Source: an uncultured Verrucomicrobiota bacterium (GTDB taxonomy: Bacteria; Verrucomicrobiota; Verrucomicrobiia; Methylacidiphilales; CAMAQI01). From it: a DNA stretch of 64,000 nt. Location of the stretch: positions 7,915 through 71,914 of the forward strand of contig CAZKRU010000001.1 of NCBI GenBank assembly GCA_964555235.1, read 5' to 3'. Made by a program: the position numbers and the translations under genes. Shown in pieces: positions 44,559-53,557 of the stretch. The first letter of the stretch is position 1. Each line of letters opens with the position of its first letter. The notes under the pieces were generated by a model, which made no database searches, was not told where the DNA came from, and worked only from the letters and a program-made list of their open reading frames with translations.

Positions 44559-46541
44559 TTAGAATTCGTAAATCCGGACATCAAATTTTTTGAAAGTATC
44601 CTTGAATACATTGCCGGTTGGCTGAAGACTTCTTCCCTCGGCAGGCACCAAAACCTGCAGCACTGGATTCCCTCCAATCGTGAAGGTGGCTTCCCCTTCT
44701 GCATCTCCATTGTTAGCCACAAACAGATACCGCTTCGTTCCCACCCGCTTGACCAGCAGATGCAGCCATTCCGGATTTTCAGGAATGCAATCCACCGTTA
44801 CTTGTGGCGTTGAAAGCTGAGAAAGTAAGGCCGGCGCCGCCTGATCAATCTCTGCGGCAATCGCCTTGAGGTCCTCCCACTCCTGCTGCTTTTGAGCCAT
44901 CGTGGCACCCTTTTGATTCCAAACATCAAACCATGAATAAAACAGAATGCCTGTCGCCCCTTCACAAATCGCCTGCCAGGACATACTTCTCATTTCCGCA
45001 TAGGTGGGAGGACGCGAATTGGTTCCGCCAATCCCATAGTTGGCCAAATTAAACGCCTGGATCACCTGCCACATCGGCCGGGCTTTGCCCACCTGCTTAA
45101 ACGTCTCGATCGTCCAATCGGCCGCCATCGACGCCGGCTTGGTGGTCACCGGATAGGGATCCGATCCGATCACATCAAACGCTTTGATATAATCCGCCGT
45201 TGCCGGAGGATTGGTTAATACCATCCAGCTCGGATGATCCGGGTCATCTTCCATCACCCAGCGCTGATGGGCTTCCATTGCCGGTATAAACGATTCCGTC
45301 AGTTCATCATTCAAATACCAGGTCAACAGCGCGGGGTGCGACCGGAAATTCCGGATCAGCTGCCGAACCACCGTTTCCTCCGTCGCCTTGCTCGTAATGG
45401 TCTTCGGGCACCACGGAGAGCCAAAATAATGATCTTTCAGCGAAAAGATCACCTTGATCCCGTAGCTCTGCGCCGCATCCAACTGTGTCTGTCCCGGAAC
45501 CCAGTAAGGCATCAGACAGTTGAATTTGCTGTCCGCATAGAGCCTTAAATCATCCGTGATTCCATTTCCTTCATTAATGCCATTGCAATACATCCCGATC
45601 GGAAAAAAAGGCTTTCCATCCACCTGCAGACGTCGGTTGACATCAATGGCCACCTTCGGCGCAAAGGTATCCGCCATCCGCACCACTTCATGTCGGCTTT
45701 CCGATAAAATATTTCCTGCCGTATCTTTCAGATAGACAACCGCCGTGTAATTTCCAGGGGTCAGATCCGTCGAGGGCATCACGACGTGATATTCATTCTG
45801 GATGGCTTTGACACCGGGCGCCGTCGCCGGATGCAACAATCCCCCGGAGTCATCGAGCAGTTCCCCGGAGAGCCTGACCCCCGAAGCCTTGAGGTTGTAG
45901 TCCGCTAAATTCAAAAGGGCGCGCACCCGGATTTTTTCAGGTCCGCTGGCGGTAATTCGGCCTCGATACATCGGAGCCGTCATCAAGGTCTGCAACACAG
46001 GTTCAACCCGTCTCACCAGCTGAACATCATCAAACCAGGCCACTCCCACCCCCCCTTTTTGCACATAGCAAGTCACCGAGCATCCATTGGCCTCCACCGG
46101 CAAGCGCACCAATCCCGATACATACGTCCAATTTTTGGTTCCCTTGACTCCATCAAGATAAACCCCATTCATATAGTTTCCCGCCCGATCCCTCCACTCG
46201 ACGCAAATGGTGGCATTCTTATACAGAAGCCCCTCGGTTTTGATCCATCCCCCCACCTGGTAGGTCACCCCGCCGGGAACATCCACAAACTGGGAGCAAA
46301 GCTCATAGCGTGTTTTGAGTGTGTTGGAATATTTGAGCGATCCGGATCCCGCATGAGAGACCCCGTCATCCCGAGAATAAACCACGTTGGATCCCGTCCA
46401 ACTCAGAGGAATCGGACCTCCGTTTTCAAAACTATGATTAAGCAGACTGTTGGGAACAACAGGAGCCGGTAATTCCGCTAAGGCAAAAAGGGCAAACATT
46501 TGAAGAAATACAAGAACTCGAACGCATCTTCCGGGAATCAT
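44559..46541 (-). CDS. Secreted putative glycoside hydrolase with N-terminal CBM4/9-like domain
   Basis: The ORF runs 44559..46613. The preferred start is M25 (46541), which gives signal peptide MIPGRCVRVLVFLQMFALFALA with AGGA 8 nt upstream. Other elements are LLNHSFENGG..., WYLNDELTE and DVIGSDPYP. The family is unassigned. Confidence 0.78.
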   Translation of the reverse strand: MIPGRCVRVLVFLQMFALFALAELPAPVVPNSLLNHSFENGGPIPLSWTGSNVVYSRDDGVSHAGSGSLKYSNTLKTRYELCSQFVDVPGGVTYQVGGWIKTEGLLYKNATICVEWRDRAGNYMNGVYLDGVKGTKNWTYVSGLVRLPVEANGCSVTCYVQKGGVGVAWFDDVQLVRRVEPVLQTLMTAPMYRGRITASGPEKIRVRALLNLADYNLKASGVRLSGELLDDSGGLLHPATAPGVKAIQNEYHVVMPSTDLTPGNYTAVVYLKDTAGNILSESRHEVVRMADTFAPKVAIDVNRRLQVDGKPFFPIGMYCNGINEGNGITDDLRLYADSKFNCLMPYWVPGQTQLDAAQSYGIKVIFSLKDHYFGSPWCPKTITSKATEETVVRQLIRNFRSHPALLTWYLNDELTESFIPAMEAHQRWVMEDDPDHPSWMVLTNPPATADYIKAFDVIGSDPYPVTTKPASMAADWTIETFKQVGKARPMWQVIQAFNLANYGIGGTNSRPPTYAEMRSMSWQAICEGATGILFYSWFDVWNQKGATMAQKQQEWEDLKAIAAEIDQAAPALLSQLSTPQVTVDCIPENPEWLHLLVKRVGTKRYLFVANNGDAEGEATFTIGGNPVLQVLVPAEGRSLQPTGNVFKDTFKKFDVRIYEF

Positions 46542-46607
46542 AGAGGAGTCCTTTTGTTGCAACTTAAGATGAGTTTGCGAGAAAAACCCAACGCAGTCAA
46601 TATTAAC

Positions 46608-46622
46608 TATCATATGATAATT
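46608..46622. promoter_or_regulatory. TTATCATATGATAAT-type palindrome upstream of the GH/esterase/dehydratase/MFS operon
   Basis: ctatcatatgataat (14/15), ~70 nt upstream of the preferred start at 46541. A TTGACT lies 6 nt downstream on the coding strand. Confidence 0.5.
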
Positions 46623-46643
46623 TATTCTGTTTTTCGTGATTAT

Positions 46644-46682
46644 CCCCGGCCTTGACGGTTTTTTAACCGTGCAAGACCGGGG
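46644..46682. terminator. Long imperfect hairpin between S8 protease gene end and next operon
   Basis: The structure is CCCCGG-c-CTTG-a-CGGTT-tttt-AACCG-tg-CAAG-a-CCGGGG. A T-rich tract follows on the plus side only. Confidence 0.4.
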
Positions 46683-46720
46683 AGGATTGTTTGTTTTGAC
46701 TTACTATTGGATTTCCAATT

Positions 46721-49576
46721 TTACTGGGTCAAAGAGAACCCGTCCACCGTGGTCGTGAACGTATTGGTAATCGCTGGCGTCCAATCGGGATCATCATAGT
46801 GAACCAACCCCGAGCCACAGGTCGCCACCCCAACAAAGATCTTGTTGGAGAGATCAACCGTAACCGTTTCACCCACTTGCTTCCAAGTCACTCCATCTAC
46901 GGACAGGTAAGAGGTGAATTGATTTCCCTCACGCACCAACCGGAGCCATTGAGGCTCGACATCCACCGGTCTGAATGTTTTGCCATTAGCCACCTGCTGA
47001 TCCGCACCCCAGACGCTGCGATGAAACATCCGCCCGCCCATATAGCCACTCCAGCTGGACCCCAAATAACGGGCTGAGCTTTTGATCGCCACGCCAACGC
47101 ATTTATCGAGCCCAAGAGCGGATTCCCGCGCCATCAGACCAACGTTACCGTAATTATCCGTACGGATTCCACTCGATGTATTAACCGTTTTCCAGCTGGT
47201 CACTCGAACTTTCATGTCAAAGTTGCCCTCAATATACCGGCAGTTGAAGTAGAAGTCATCGCCACTTCCTCCACTCGAATTGGTATATCCGCCGCCCATC
47301 GTGGAGAGGGTGCCGGAGCCTGTTGATTCATTCATGACTCCCGAAACATCGCCAATCTGCCCAACATTCAGGGCATTCCATCCGTAGATGCGATAAACGG
47401 AAAGATTGATGTTCCCAGCTTCACCGCCGTAACCATCCACGGCAATCTGGTAGGTGACTCCCCCTTGAAGTGAAACAATTAACTGACTCTGACGTAACAC
47501 TCCATCCTGGATATCATCATTCTCCGCGACCAGTTGCAGAGCCGAGAGACTCCCGCCGGTATAGATCGAAAGAAGCGTATCGAAATTCGATCCGTTCGTA
47601 TCGATGATATAGTCGCCCGAAACCGGAGCTGTCCAAGAATACCAGACCGAATGAATTCCCCCTCCACCAGGGAACTGGGGCTCACCGGCTTCCGTAGTTG
47701 CCGCTGCATTGGTCCCGGTGGTCGCAAATCGATCTCCACTCAGAATCATTCGATTCGCAAAGCTGTCATTCGCCGGAGGAACCCCAACGGTCACCAAAGC
47801 CATCCCTGTCACCCCTCCCACCCCATCCACTGCGATTTTGTAGATCGTATCCTTAACCGCATTGAAGTTCACAGAGCTGGTCACCCCACCGCTCGGGTCG
47901 TTATCGTTGGCCGCGATGAGCTGATACGGTCTGCTCGCGGTTCCTTTTTTGTAAAGGCCGAGAACGGTATCAAAGGTACTCCCCTTGGTGTTAACATAAG
48001 CAACCCCCGTTGCCGGCGCTTTCCAGAGGAACCAGACCGAGTGACCCCCGGCTTGACCCGCAATCGCCGGCTCACCCGATTCCTTGGTCGCCTCGCCTGT
48101 CGCCACGCGTGTCGTGATCCCGTTCACCGAACCGAGATTCATTGGAGCATTATGGTCATCATTGATCGGACGAAAATCCGTGGATTTCAGTGCGTTCAAG
48201 ACATTCAGCTCCCCCGTCTGACAATAGCGATCGAGATAACCGGAGGGGACCGCGCCACGAAGCATCCGGTTGATCAGCTTCTGATAGGACTCATTCGGAA
48301 ACTGCGCTTTCATCAACGCAAAGGTTCCCGTGACATGAGGGGCAGCCATCGAACTTCCACTGCAGAACAGATAGGCGGAATCCGATGCCGTTCCTGTCGA
48401 ATAGATATTTTCGCCCGGAGCAAAGAGATTCACCGCTCCCATGCCGTAATTCGAAAAATAGGATTTCTGACCCTTGAGATTCATGGATCCCACCGTCACA
48501 ATATTTTCCAGCATATAGTCGCCTGGATACGATCTCCGAAGATCGAGATTTGTCTCACTATTCCCCGCGGCAACGACCACAATAATCCCTTGATCACGAC
48601 AAGCCCCGATCGCATCGCGCAGAGCCTGAGAGTAACCGGCACCACCCCAACTGCAATTGATCGCTTGAGCTCCCATTTTTCGAGCATATTCGATTCCCTC
48701 AATATTATCAGAAACATAAGACCTTCCATTCGAATCAAAGGTCTTTACCGCCATCAGCTGTACCTTCCAGGCCACGCCAGCAATCCCTACTCCGTTATTG
48801 GCCACCGCACCAATGATTCCCGCGCAATGGGTTCCATGGAAATGATCTCCCATACAATTCCCGGCATTTGGACTCTTCGGGTCCACCAGACAATTGACCC
48901 CATAAAAGTCATCCACATAGCCATTCCCGTCATCATCAACCCCATTCCCAGGAATTTCCTTTGTATTTTTCCACATGTTGCCCGCCAGATCCTGGTGTGT
49001 GTAGCGAATCCCGGTATCCACCACCGCCACCACCACGGATTCTGCCGAGTTACGAATATCCCAAGCTTCGGGAGCATCGACATCTCGATCCACAATTCCA
49101 GTCCGACTTTCTCCACTTCCCTCGTCAAACACCGTTTGTCCGATGTTATGGAGGCCCCACTGCTTCAGATATTCACCATCGTTCGGAATGGCGCTCAAAG
49201 AGATCGCATAGTCCACCTCCGCATACTCCACCGATGGATCCTTACGCAGACGGGCTAGAACCACTTCAGGCTTTTCTCCCTTTGCCGTCTCCAACAGCTG
49301 AATTCCCAGACGACGTGAAAGCATTTTCTTGCTTTTGGTTTGATGGCGCGCATTCACAGACGCCACCTTGGCATCGGTCGCCTGAGCCGTTTCCCCCGCC
49401 ACCCGCTTATACTTCACAATGAAGTGATTTTCACGAAGTGGCATAGGAGCCTCGGATTCGGCCGAAAGACCTTCAATTGGGGACCCCGAATTCGCCAATT
49501 GGGCAGAAAGCGGCATCGCCAGCATTAGCCATCCCATCAAGACTCCTGAAATTATCATATGGTAATTAATCTTCAT
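46721..49576 (-). CDS. Secreted subtilisin-like serine protease (peptidase S8), long paralog with extra C-terminal lectin-like domain
   Basis: 951 aa. Triad motifs are VAVVDTGI (D), HFHGTHCAG (H) and SGSSMAAPHVTG (S). PPC-like repeats are followed by a ~220-aa beta-sandwich-like tail. Confidence 0.92.
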   Translation of the reverse strand: MKINYHMIISGVLMGWLMLAMPLSAQLANSGSPIEGLSAESEAPMPLRENHFIVKYKRVAGETAQATDAKVASVNARHQTKSKKMLSRRLGIQLLETAKGEKPEVVLARLRKDPSVEYAEVDYAISLSAIPNDGEYLKQWGLHNIGQTVFDEGSGESRTGIVDRDVDAPEAWDIRNSAESVVVAVVDTGIRYTHQDLAGNMWKNTKEIPGNGVDDDGNGYVDDFYGVNCLVDPKSPNAGNCMGDHFHGTHCAGIIGAVANNGVGIAGVAWKVQLMAVKTFDSNGRSYVSDNIEGIEYARKMGAQAINCSWGGAGYSQALRDAIGACRDQGIIVVVAAGNSETNLDLRRSYPGDYMLENIVTVGSMNLKGQKSYFSNYGMGAVNLFAPGENIYSTGTASDSAYLFCSGSSMAAPHVTGTFALMKAQFPNESYQKLINRMLRGAVPSGYLDRYCQTGELNVLNALKSTDFRPINDDHNAPMNLGSVNGITTRVATGEATKESGEPAIAGQAGGHSVWFLWKAPATGVAYVNTKGSTFDTVLGLYKKGTASRPYQLIAANDNDPSGGVTSSVNFNAVKDTIYKIAVDGVGGVTGMALVTVGVPPANDSFANRMILSGDRFATTGTNAAATTEAGEPQFPGGGGIHSVWYSWTAPVSGDYIIDTNGSNFDTLLSIYTGGSLSALQLVAENDDIQDGVLRQSQLIVSLQGGVTYQIAVDGYGGEAGNINLSVYRIYGWNALNVGQIGDVSGVMNESTGSGTLSTMGGGYTNSSGGSGDDFYFNCRYIEGNFDMKVRVTSWKTVNTSSGIRTDNYGNVGLMARESALGLDKCVGVAIKSSARYLGSSWSGYMGGRMFHRSVWGADQQVANGKTFRPVDVEPQWLRLVREGNQFTSYLSVDGVTWKQVGETVTVDLSNKIFVGVATCGSGLVHYDDPDWTPAITNTFTTTVDGFSLTQ
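49552..49566. promoter_or_regulatory. TTATCATATGATAAT-type palindrome overlapping 5' end of S8 protease ORF
   Basis: ttatcatatggtaat (14/15). It lies within codons 4-8 of the annotated ORF and contains an alternative ATG (M7). Confidence 0.35.
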
Positions 49577-49672
49577 ACTTTTGTCCTATTTTTGTTGCTT
49601 GGGTTTTTAAAATTGCAATGACTTCGTTCAAGAAATAACAAAAAAACGGATTCGGTCAATAAATATATTTTT

Positions 49673-49687
49673 TTATCATATAGTAAT
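49673..49687. promoter_or_regulatory. TTATCATATGATAAT-type palindrome in S8/GH36 divergent intergenic region
   Basis: ttatcatatagtaat (13/15). Confidence 0.4.
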
Positions 49688-49877
49688 GAAGCCCTCCCTC
49701 AACTCCTCCCAGCGCCCCTGCGAGATTTAAAAAATCAGGAACGAGGAGCCCCTCAAAAAACGACGGAGGAAGCGAGAACTCCGGATTTGGCGAGAGAAAA
49801 GATCCACCGATCATCCCGCCGACTCGAAAGAAATGGTGAGATAAAAAATCTTTTCTAAGCTGCATTATCTGATATTG

Positions 49878-49892
49878 TTTTCATATGGTAAA
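49878..49892. promoter_or_regulatory. Degenerate TTATCATATGATAAT-type site at GH36 gene start
   Basis: ttttcatatggtaaa (12/15). It contains the ORF-track ATG at 49885. Confidence 0.3.
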
Positions 49893-51858
49893 TTCCTCCC
49901 ACTTTCCTTTCCTCGCACTCAACCGCAACAGCCAAACCCGACGACAGCGCGCCCCCCAGGGCGACTGGATCCATGTTCGGAAGGATTTCAACTCAACAAA
50001 AACCTCCCGACTTTTTTCTCTTCCCCCCTCCTGTCGTTGGATGGCGCTGCGACGAACCAATCTCTACTGGATGCAACCCGCATTTGGCTCCGCCCTCGAT
50101 ACAATCCCCCCAGAGACTCAATTTCTTCTTTTCCAACAAAAGAAGACCTACACCCTTTTTTTGCCGCTCATCGAAGGAGATCTGCGCGCGACCCTGAAAG
50201 GAAATGGCCCTCACGTGGAGATCGCCTTTGACGGGGCACTTCCCGACTCAGTACCAAAATCAATGCGCGCCCTCTACATGGCCTCCGGTCGCGAGCCTTT
50301 TACACTGATCCGCGACTCCATGAGCACGCTTTCGAGAGAGATGAAGTCATTCCGGCTCCGTGAAGAGAAGCCGGCTCCGGAATTTCAAGATTACTTCGGC
50401 TGGTGTACCTGGAACGCCTTCTACGACAAAGTCGATGAGCGAAAAATGGACGCCGGACTTCAATCGTGGAAAAAGGGCCGTTTCATTCCCAGCCTCGTTC
50501 TCCTCGATGACGGATGGCTCGATCGCAAGGTCGATCTCCTCAACGATTTTCCCGCCGACAAAAAAAAGTTTCCCCGAGGCCTCGCTTCGCCCGCCCGAAT
50601 GCTAAAAGAGAAATATGGAGTCAAGCGATTCGGAATCTGGCACGCCTTTCAGGGCTACTGGGCCGGATTAAATCCAGACGGGGCCCTGGCCAAACGCTAC
50701 CGGACGACCCCCAATCAGGGAAAAATGCGACCGTGGGAGAAAGAAAATGAGAAAGTCATGGAATTAAACCTCGTTCATCCCGACGAGATCTATCGCTTTT
50801 ATCATGAATTTTATCGTTACCTCAAAAGTCAGGGCGTAGAGATGGTTAAAGTCGACGGACAATCGTCACTTGAAGTTTTTTGTCGAAATGTTCTAGGGCG
50901 AGTCAGCGCCATGCGCGCCTATCAGGAGGCATTCCAAAGCGCCGGCGCTTCCGCTTTCGGATCAAACCTCCTTCACTGTATGTCCCACAGCAGCGACGTG
51001 ATTTATCACTCAAATCTCTCCAACTGCATCCGCAATTCAGACGATTATTTTCCCCAAAAAGAGAATTCCGCACAACAGCTTCACCTTCAAATAAACGCCT
51101 ACAATGCCCTCTGGATCAGCCAAGTGGCAGTTCCGGATTGGGATATGTTTCAAAGCCATCATCCTCATTCCTCCTACCATGCTGCCGCCCGCGCCATCAG
51201 CGGCGGACCGATTTATGTCTCAGATAAACCAGGAAAACAGAACTTCCGCCTCCTCGAAAAACTCGTCTGGTTTGAAAATGGAGACACCCGAACCCTCCAA
51301 TGCCCTAATCCGGCATTGGTCACTCGCGATCGACTGATGACCGATTGCACCCAAGAGCCCAAGCTCTTAAAAATCTTTAATCAGGTCCACGGAATCGGAC
51401 TCCTCGGATTTTTTCACACAAATAAATCGGGAGACCGAATTCAGGACTCATTCAAACCGACGGATGTCGAGAATCTCAAGGGAGCTCTGTTTGCCGTCTG
51501 GCGACATCGGGCTGAGACCTTGGAAATCCTCACTCGCCGACAAGCCTCCAAGCAAATTTTAAAAAATACCGAGTGGGAACTTGCCATCATCTCCCCAATC
51601 CATCACCAGACCGCAATCCTGGGGCTTTTGGACAAATATAATAGCCCCGCTGGAATTGAAAAAGTCGAGTCGTCCAAAAGCTGTCTTAAATTCGAAACGA
51701 AAGACGGAGGAAGAGTCGGCATTTATTGTCGCCATAAACCCCTCCAATTGATGCTTAACGGCTGTAAAACAACGTTCAACTATCATCCCAAAACAGGACT
51801 TCTTGTCATTTCACTTCCTAAGCGAAAATCATCCACGGTAGTCGTGATACTAAAATAA
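49885..51858 (+). CDS. GH36-clan raffinose synthase/Sip1-like alpha-galactosidase
   Basis: 657 aa with YFGWCTWNAFY, VLLDDGW, MVKVDGQ, RNSDDYFP and VPDWDMFQS, all characteristic of the raffinose-synthase/Sip1 branch. The exact start is uncertain. Confidence 0.85.
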   Translation: MVNSSHFPFLALNRNSQTRRQRAPQGDWIHVRKDFNSTKTSRLFSLPPSCRWMALRRTNLYWMQPAFGSALDTIPPETQFLLFQQKKTYTLFLPLIEGDLRATLKGNGPHVEIAFDGALPDSVPKSMRALYMASGREPFTLIRDSMSTLSREMKSFRLREEKPAPEFQDYFGWCTWNAFYDKVDERKMDAGLQSWKKGRFIPSLVLLDDGWLDRKVDLLNDFPADKKKFPRGLASPARMLKEKYGVKRFGIWHAFQGYWAGLNPDGALAKRYRTTPNQGKMRPWEKENEKVMELNLVHPDEIYRFYHEFYRYLKSQGVEMVKVDGQSSLEVFCRNVLGRVSAMRAYQEAFQSAGASAFGSNLLHCMSHSSDVIYHSNLSNCIRNSDDYFPQKENSAQQLHLQINAYNALWISQVAVPDWDMFQSHHPHSSYHAAARAISGGPIYVSDKPGKQNFRLLEKLVWFENGDTRTLQCPNPALVTRDRLMTDCTQEPKLLKIFNQVHGIGLLGFFHTNKSGDRIQDSFKPTDVENLKGALFAVWRHRAETLEILTRRQASKQILKNTEWELAIISPIHHQTAILGLLDKYNSPAGIEKVESSKSCLKFETKDGGRVGIYCRHKPLQLMLNGCKTTFNYHPKTGLLVISLPKRKSSTVVVILK

Positions 51859-52101
51859 ACGCGATTGGAACTTGAAGCCATTCCTTGCAAACGGATAGAC
51901 CAAGAAAAGAAGGGCTCAAGAGATAATATTAGGAGTTGGAGTCCCCGTTACAAAAGCGACGAAAGAAACACTCCCGCGTTCAAAATGACGAATAAAAATC
52001 GGTGTTTTAAAACCTCACTCATTGACTCTTAGTGTAACACGCAAGCCAATGATGGCAATTGCGCTATGATTGAAAATCCGAGTCCTCTTCCTACCTCCCT
52101 C

Positions 52102-52881
52102 TCAGCTTCCACCCCTATTCAATGGCTCCATAGGCGTCTCATCCGCAATTTTCTGCAACCGCTCCGCTTCTTCCTTTTTCAAGTCCGGCAATACCCCTTT
52201 TTTATTGATCTTCGGCCCCACAATCTGATGGGGCATTCCGACACTGGGCTGTCCAAAGAACGAACGGTAAAAAACACAGGCCGCCAAATATCCCCCATGC
52301 GTCGTTGGATGATGGCTATCCCGATACAACTGAAACGGAGGATTCTTCCCCGGCCCCATAAAAGCCAGCCAAGCGGGCCCCACTGGCACCACTCCCACAT
52401 TCAACTCTTTTCCGAGCGAGGTGTAGGCCTCCTGAAGGGGAGCCATCTCCTCCTGCTTAATTTCCGTCGGCACCTGATTATAGACCGGCCAGGTCATATA
52501 TAAAACCGTCTGAGCCCCGGCTTTTTTAATTTCTGCATCAAACATCCGGACATATTTGTTCATATCCTCCCGATGATCCTTCGGGTAGGTCGCCTTCTCC
52601 TGCAATACCACGTAATCCCATTTCTCACTCTTGATTTTCGCCAACGCCTCCCCTTTCTCCCAATGCTGCTGCAAACAGGATGCCCCGATTAAACTTGTAA
52701 AAAACTCAAACTCTCGCCCGGAGGATTTCGCCATCGCCGCAATGATCGGAGGAATCTCCCCCGCGCCAATGAGACTGTTCCCAATAAACATCACCTTGAG
52801 TTTTTTGGGAGCGGAATCCTCAGAATATCCCGAGAGCGGAAGAAGCCACAGGAGAAGCAATACGAACGATGTTATTTTCAT
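52102..52881 (-). CDS. Secreted SGNH-like hydrolase (DUF4886-like)
   Basis: 259 aa with a signal peptide, KVMFIGNSLIG (GNS in place of GDS) and YRDSHHPTTHGGYLAA (DxxH region). Confidence 0.7.
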   Translation of the reverse strand: MKITSFVLLLLWLLPLSGYSEDSAPKKLKVMFIGNSLIGAGEIPPIIAAMAKSSGREFEFFTSLIGASCLQQHWEKGEALAKIKSEKWDYVVLQEKATYPKDHREDMNKYVRMFDAEIKKAGAQTVLYMTWPVYNQVPTEIKQEEMAPLQEAYTSLGKELNVGVVPVGPAWLAFMGPGKNPPFQLYRDSHHPTTHGGYLAACVFYRSFFGQPSVGMPHQIVGPKINKKGVLPDLKKEEAERLQKIADETPMEPLNRGGS

Positions 52882-52908
52882 GAATGTGATTTCGCCTAAA
52901 GTGAACGG

Positions 52909-53505
52909 TTATTCTGAAAAATCGACCGTGAACTGGGAGTTCGCAGGATTTTTTACAAAGTCACAACGCATCTGATAGACGAATTTTTTAGATCCCTTTG
53001 TCCGACTATCTTGCAGCCCAAACCAAGCAGCTGAGGTCTGAATACTGAAATGCGCTCCCATGGCGTCCGTAATCGTAATCCGACGAGGCTTGCCCTGTTC
53101 CAAATACTGATCATTACTCTCAATCGGAAAGGGAACCGCCTCTTTGCCAGCAATCGAATATTTTCCACCGAGATTAAATTTGGAGGGAAGATTGACCTGC
53201 CACTTAAAAGCCTTCGATCCTTCCGGAACGCCAGAGTAGGTAAAAGTGATTCTAGCACCATCAATTTTGGCATTGAGTTTCGCTCCACACGGATAAGTGG
53301 CGTCACCCGTCGAAGGATCAAATGCGGGTTGCTCGATCTTCGTCTCCCCCAACATCAAATTAGGAACCGTCATCAGAAACTCTCCCATTCCTGGAGCACT
53401 CAAAACGATTCCTTTTCCTCCGAATGAGAGCTGGGGAGATTCTGCAAAAAGAGAGCTTACCATTAAAGTAAAGCCGCCGATGACTGCCAGTAGTATTTGC
53501 TTCAT
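52909..53505 (-). CDS. Secreted hypothetical protein
   Basis: 198 aa with signal peptide MKQILLAVIGGFTLMVSSLFA. It sits in an operon position between a GH gene and the SGNH-like gene. Confidence 0.6.
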   Translation of the reverse strand: MKQILLAVIGGFTLMVSSLFAESPQLSFGGKGIVLSAPGMGEFLMTVPNLMLGETKIEQPAFDPSTGDATYPCGAKLNAKIDGARITFTYSGVPEGSKAFKWQVNLPSKFNLGGKYSIAGKEAVPFPIESNDQYLEQGKPRRITITDAMGAHFSIQTSAAWFGLQDSRTKGSKKFVYQMRCDFVKNPANSQFTVDFSE

Positions 53506-53557
53506 TTTATTTTCCTTGATTGTAATTGAGCTGTTATCTGACCTCGATCAAAACCGA

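Noticed and set aside
47534-49258. Long antisense ORFs inside well-supported genes. Examples are 47534..49258 (+, 574 aa), 40240..41028 (-), 8649..9467 (+), 5258..5938 (+), 34454..35182 (-), 38741..39262 (+), and all + strand ORFs inside the array and the autotransporter.
   Set aside because: Each lies fully within, and antisense or out of frame to, a gene with clear family motifs. Their translations are low-complexity (R/P/S/H/I-rich) with no recognisable domains. Their similarity between array copies is explained by conservation of the sense strand.
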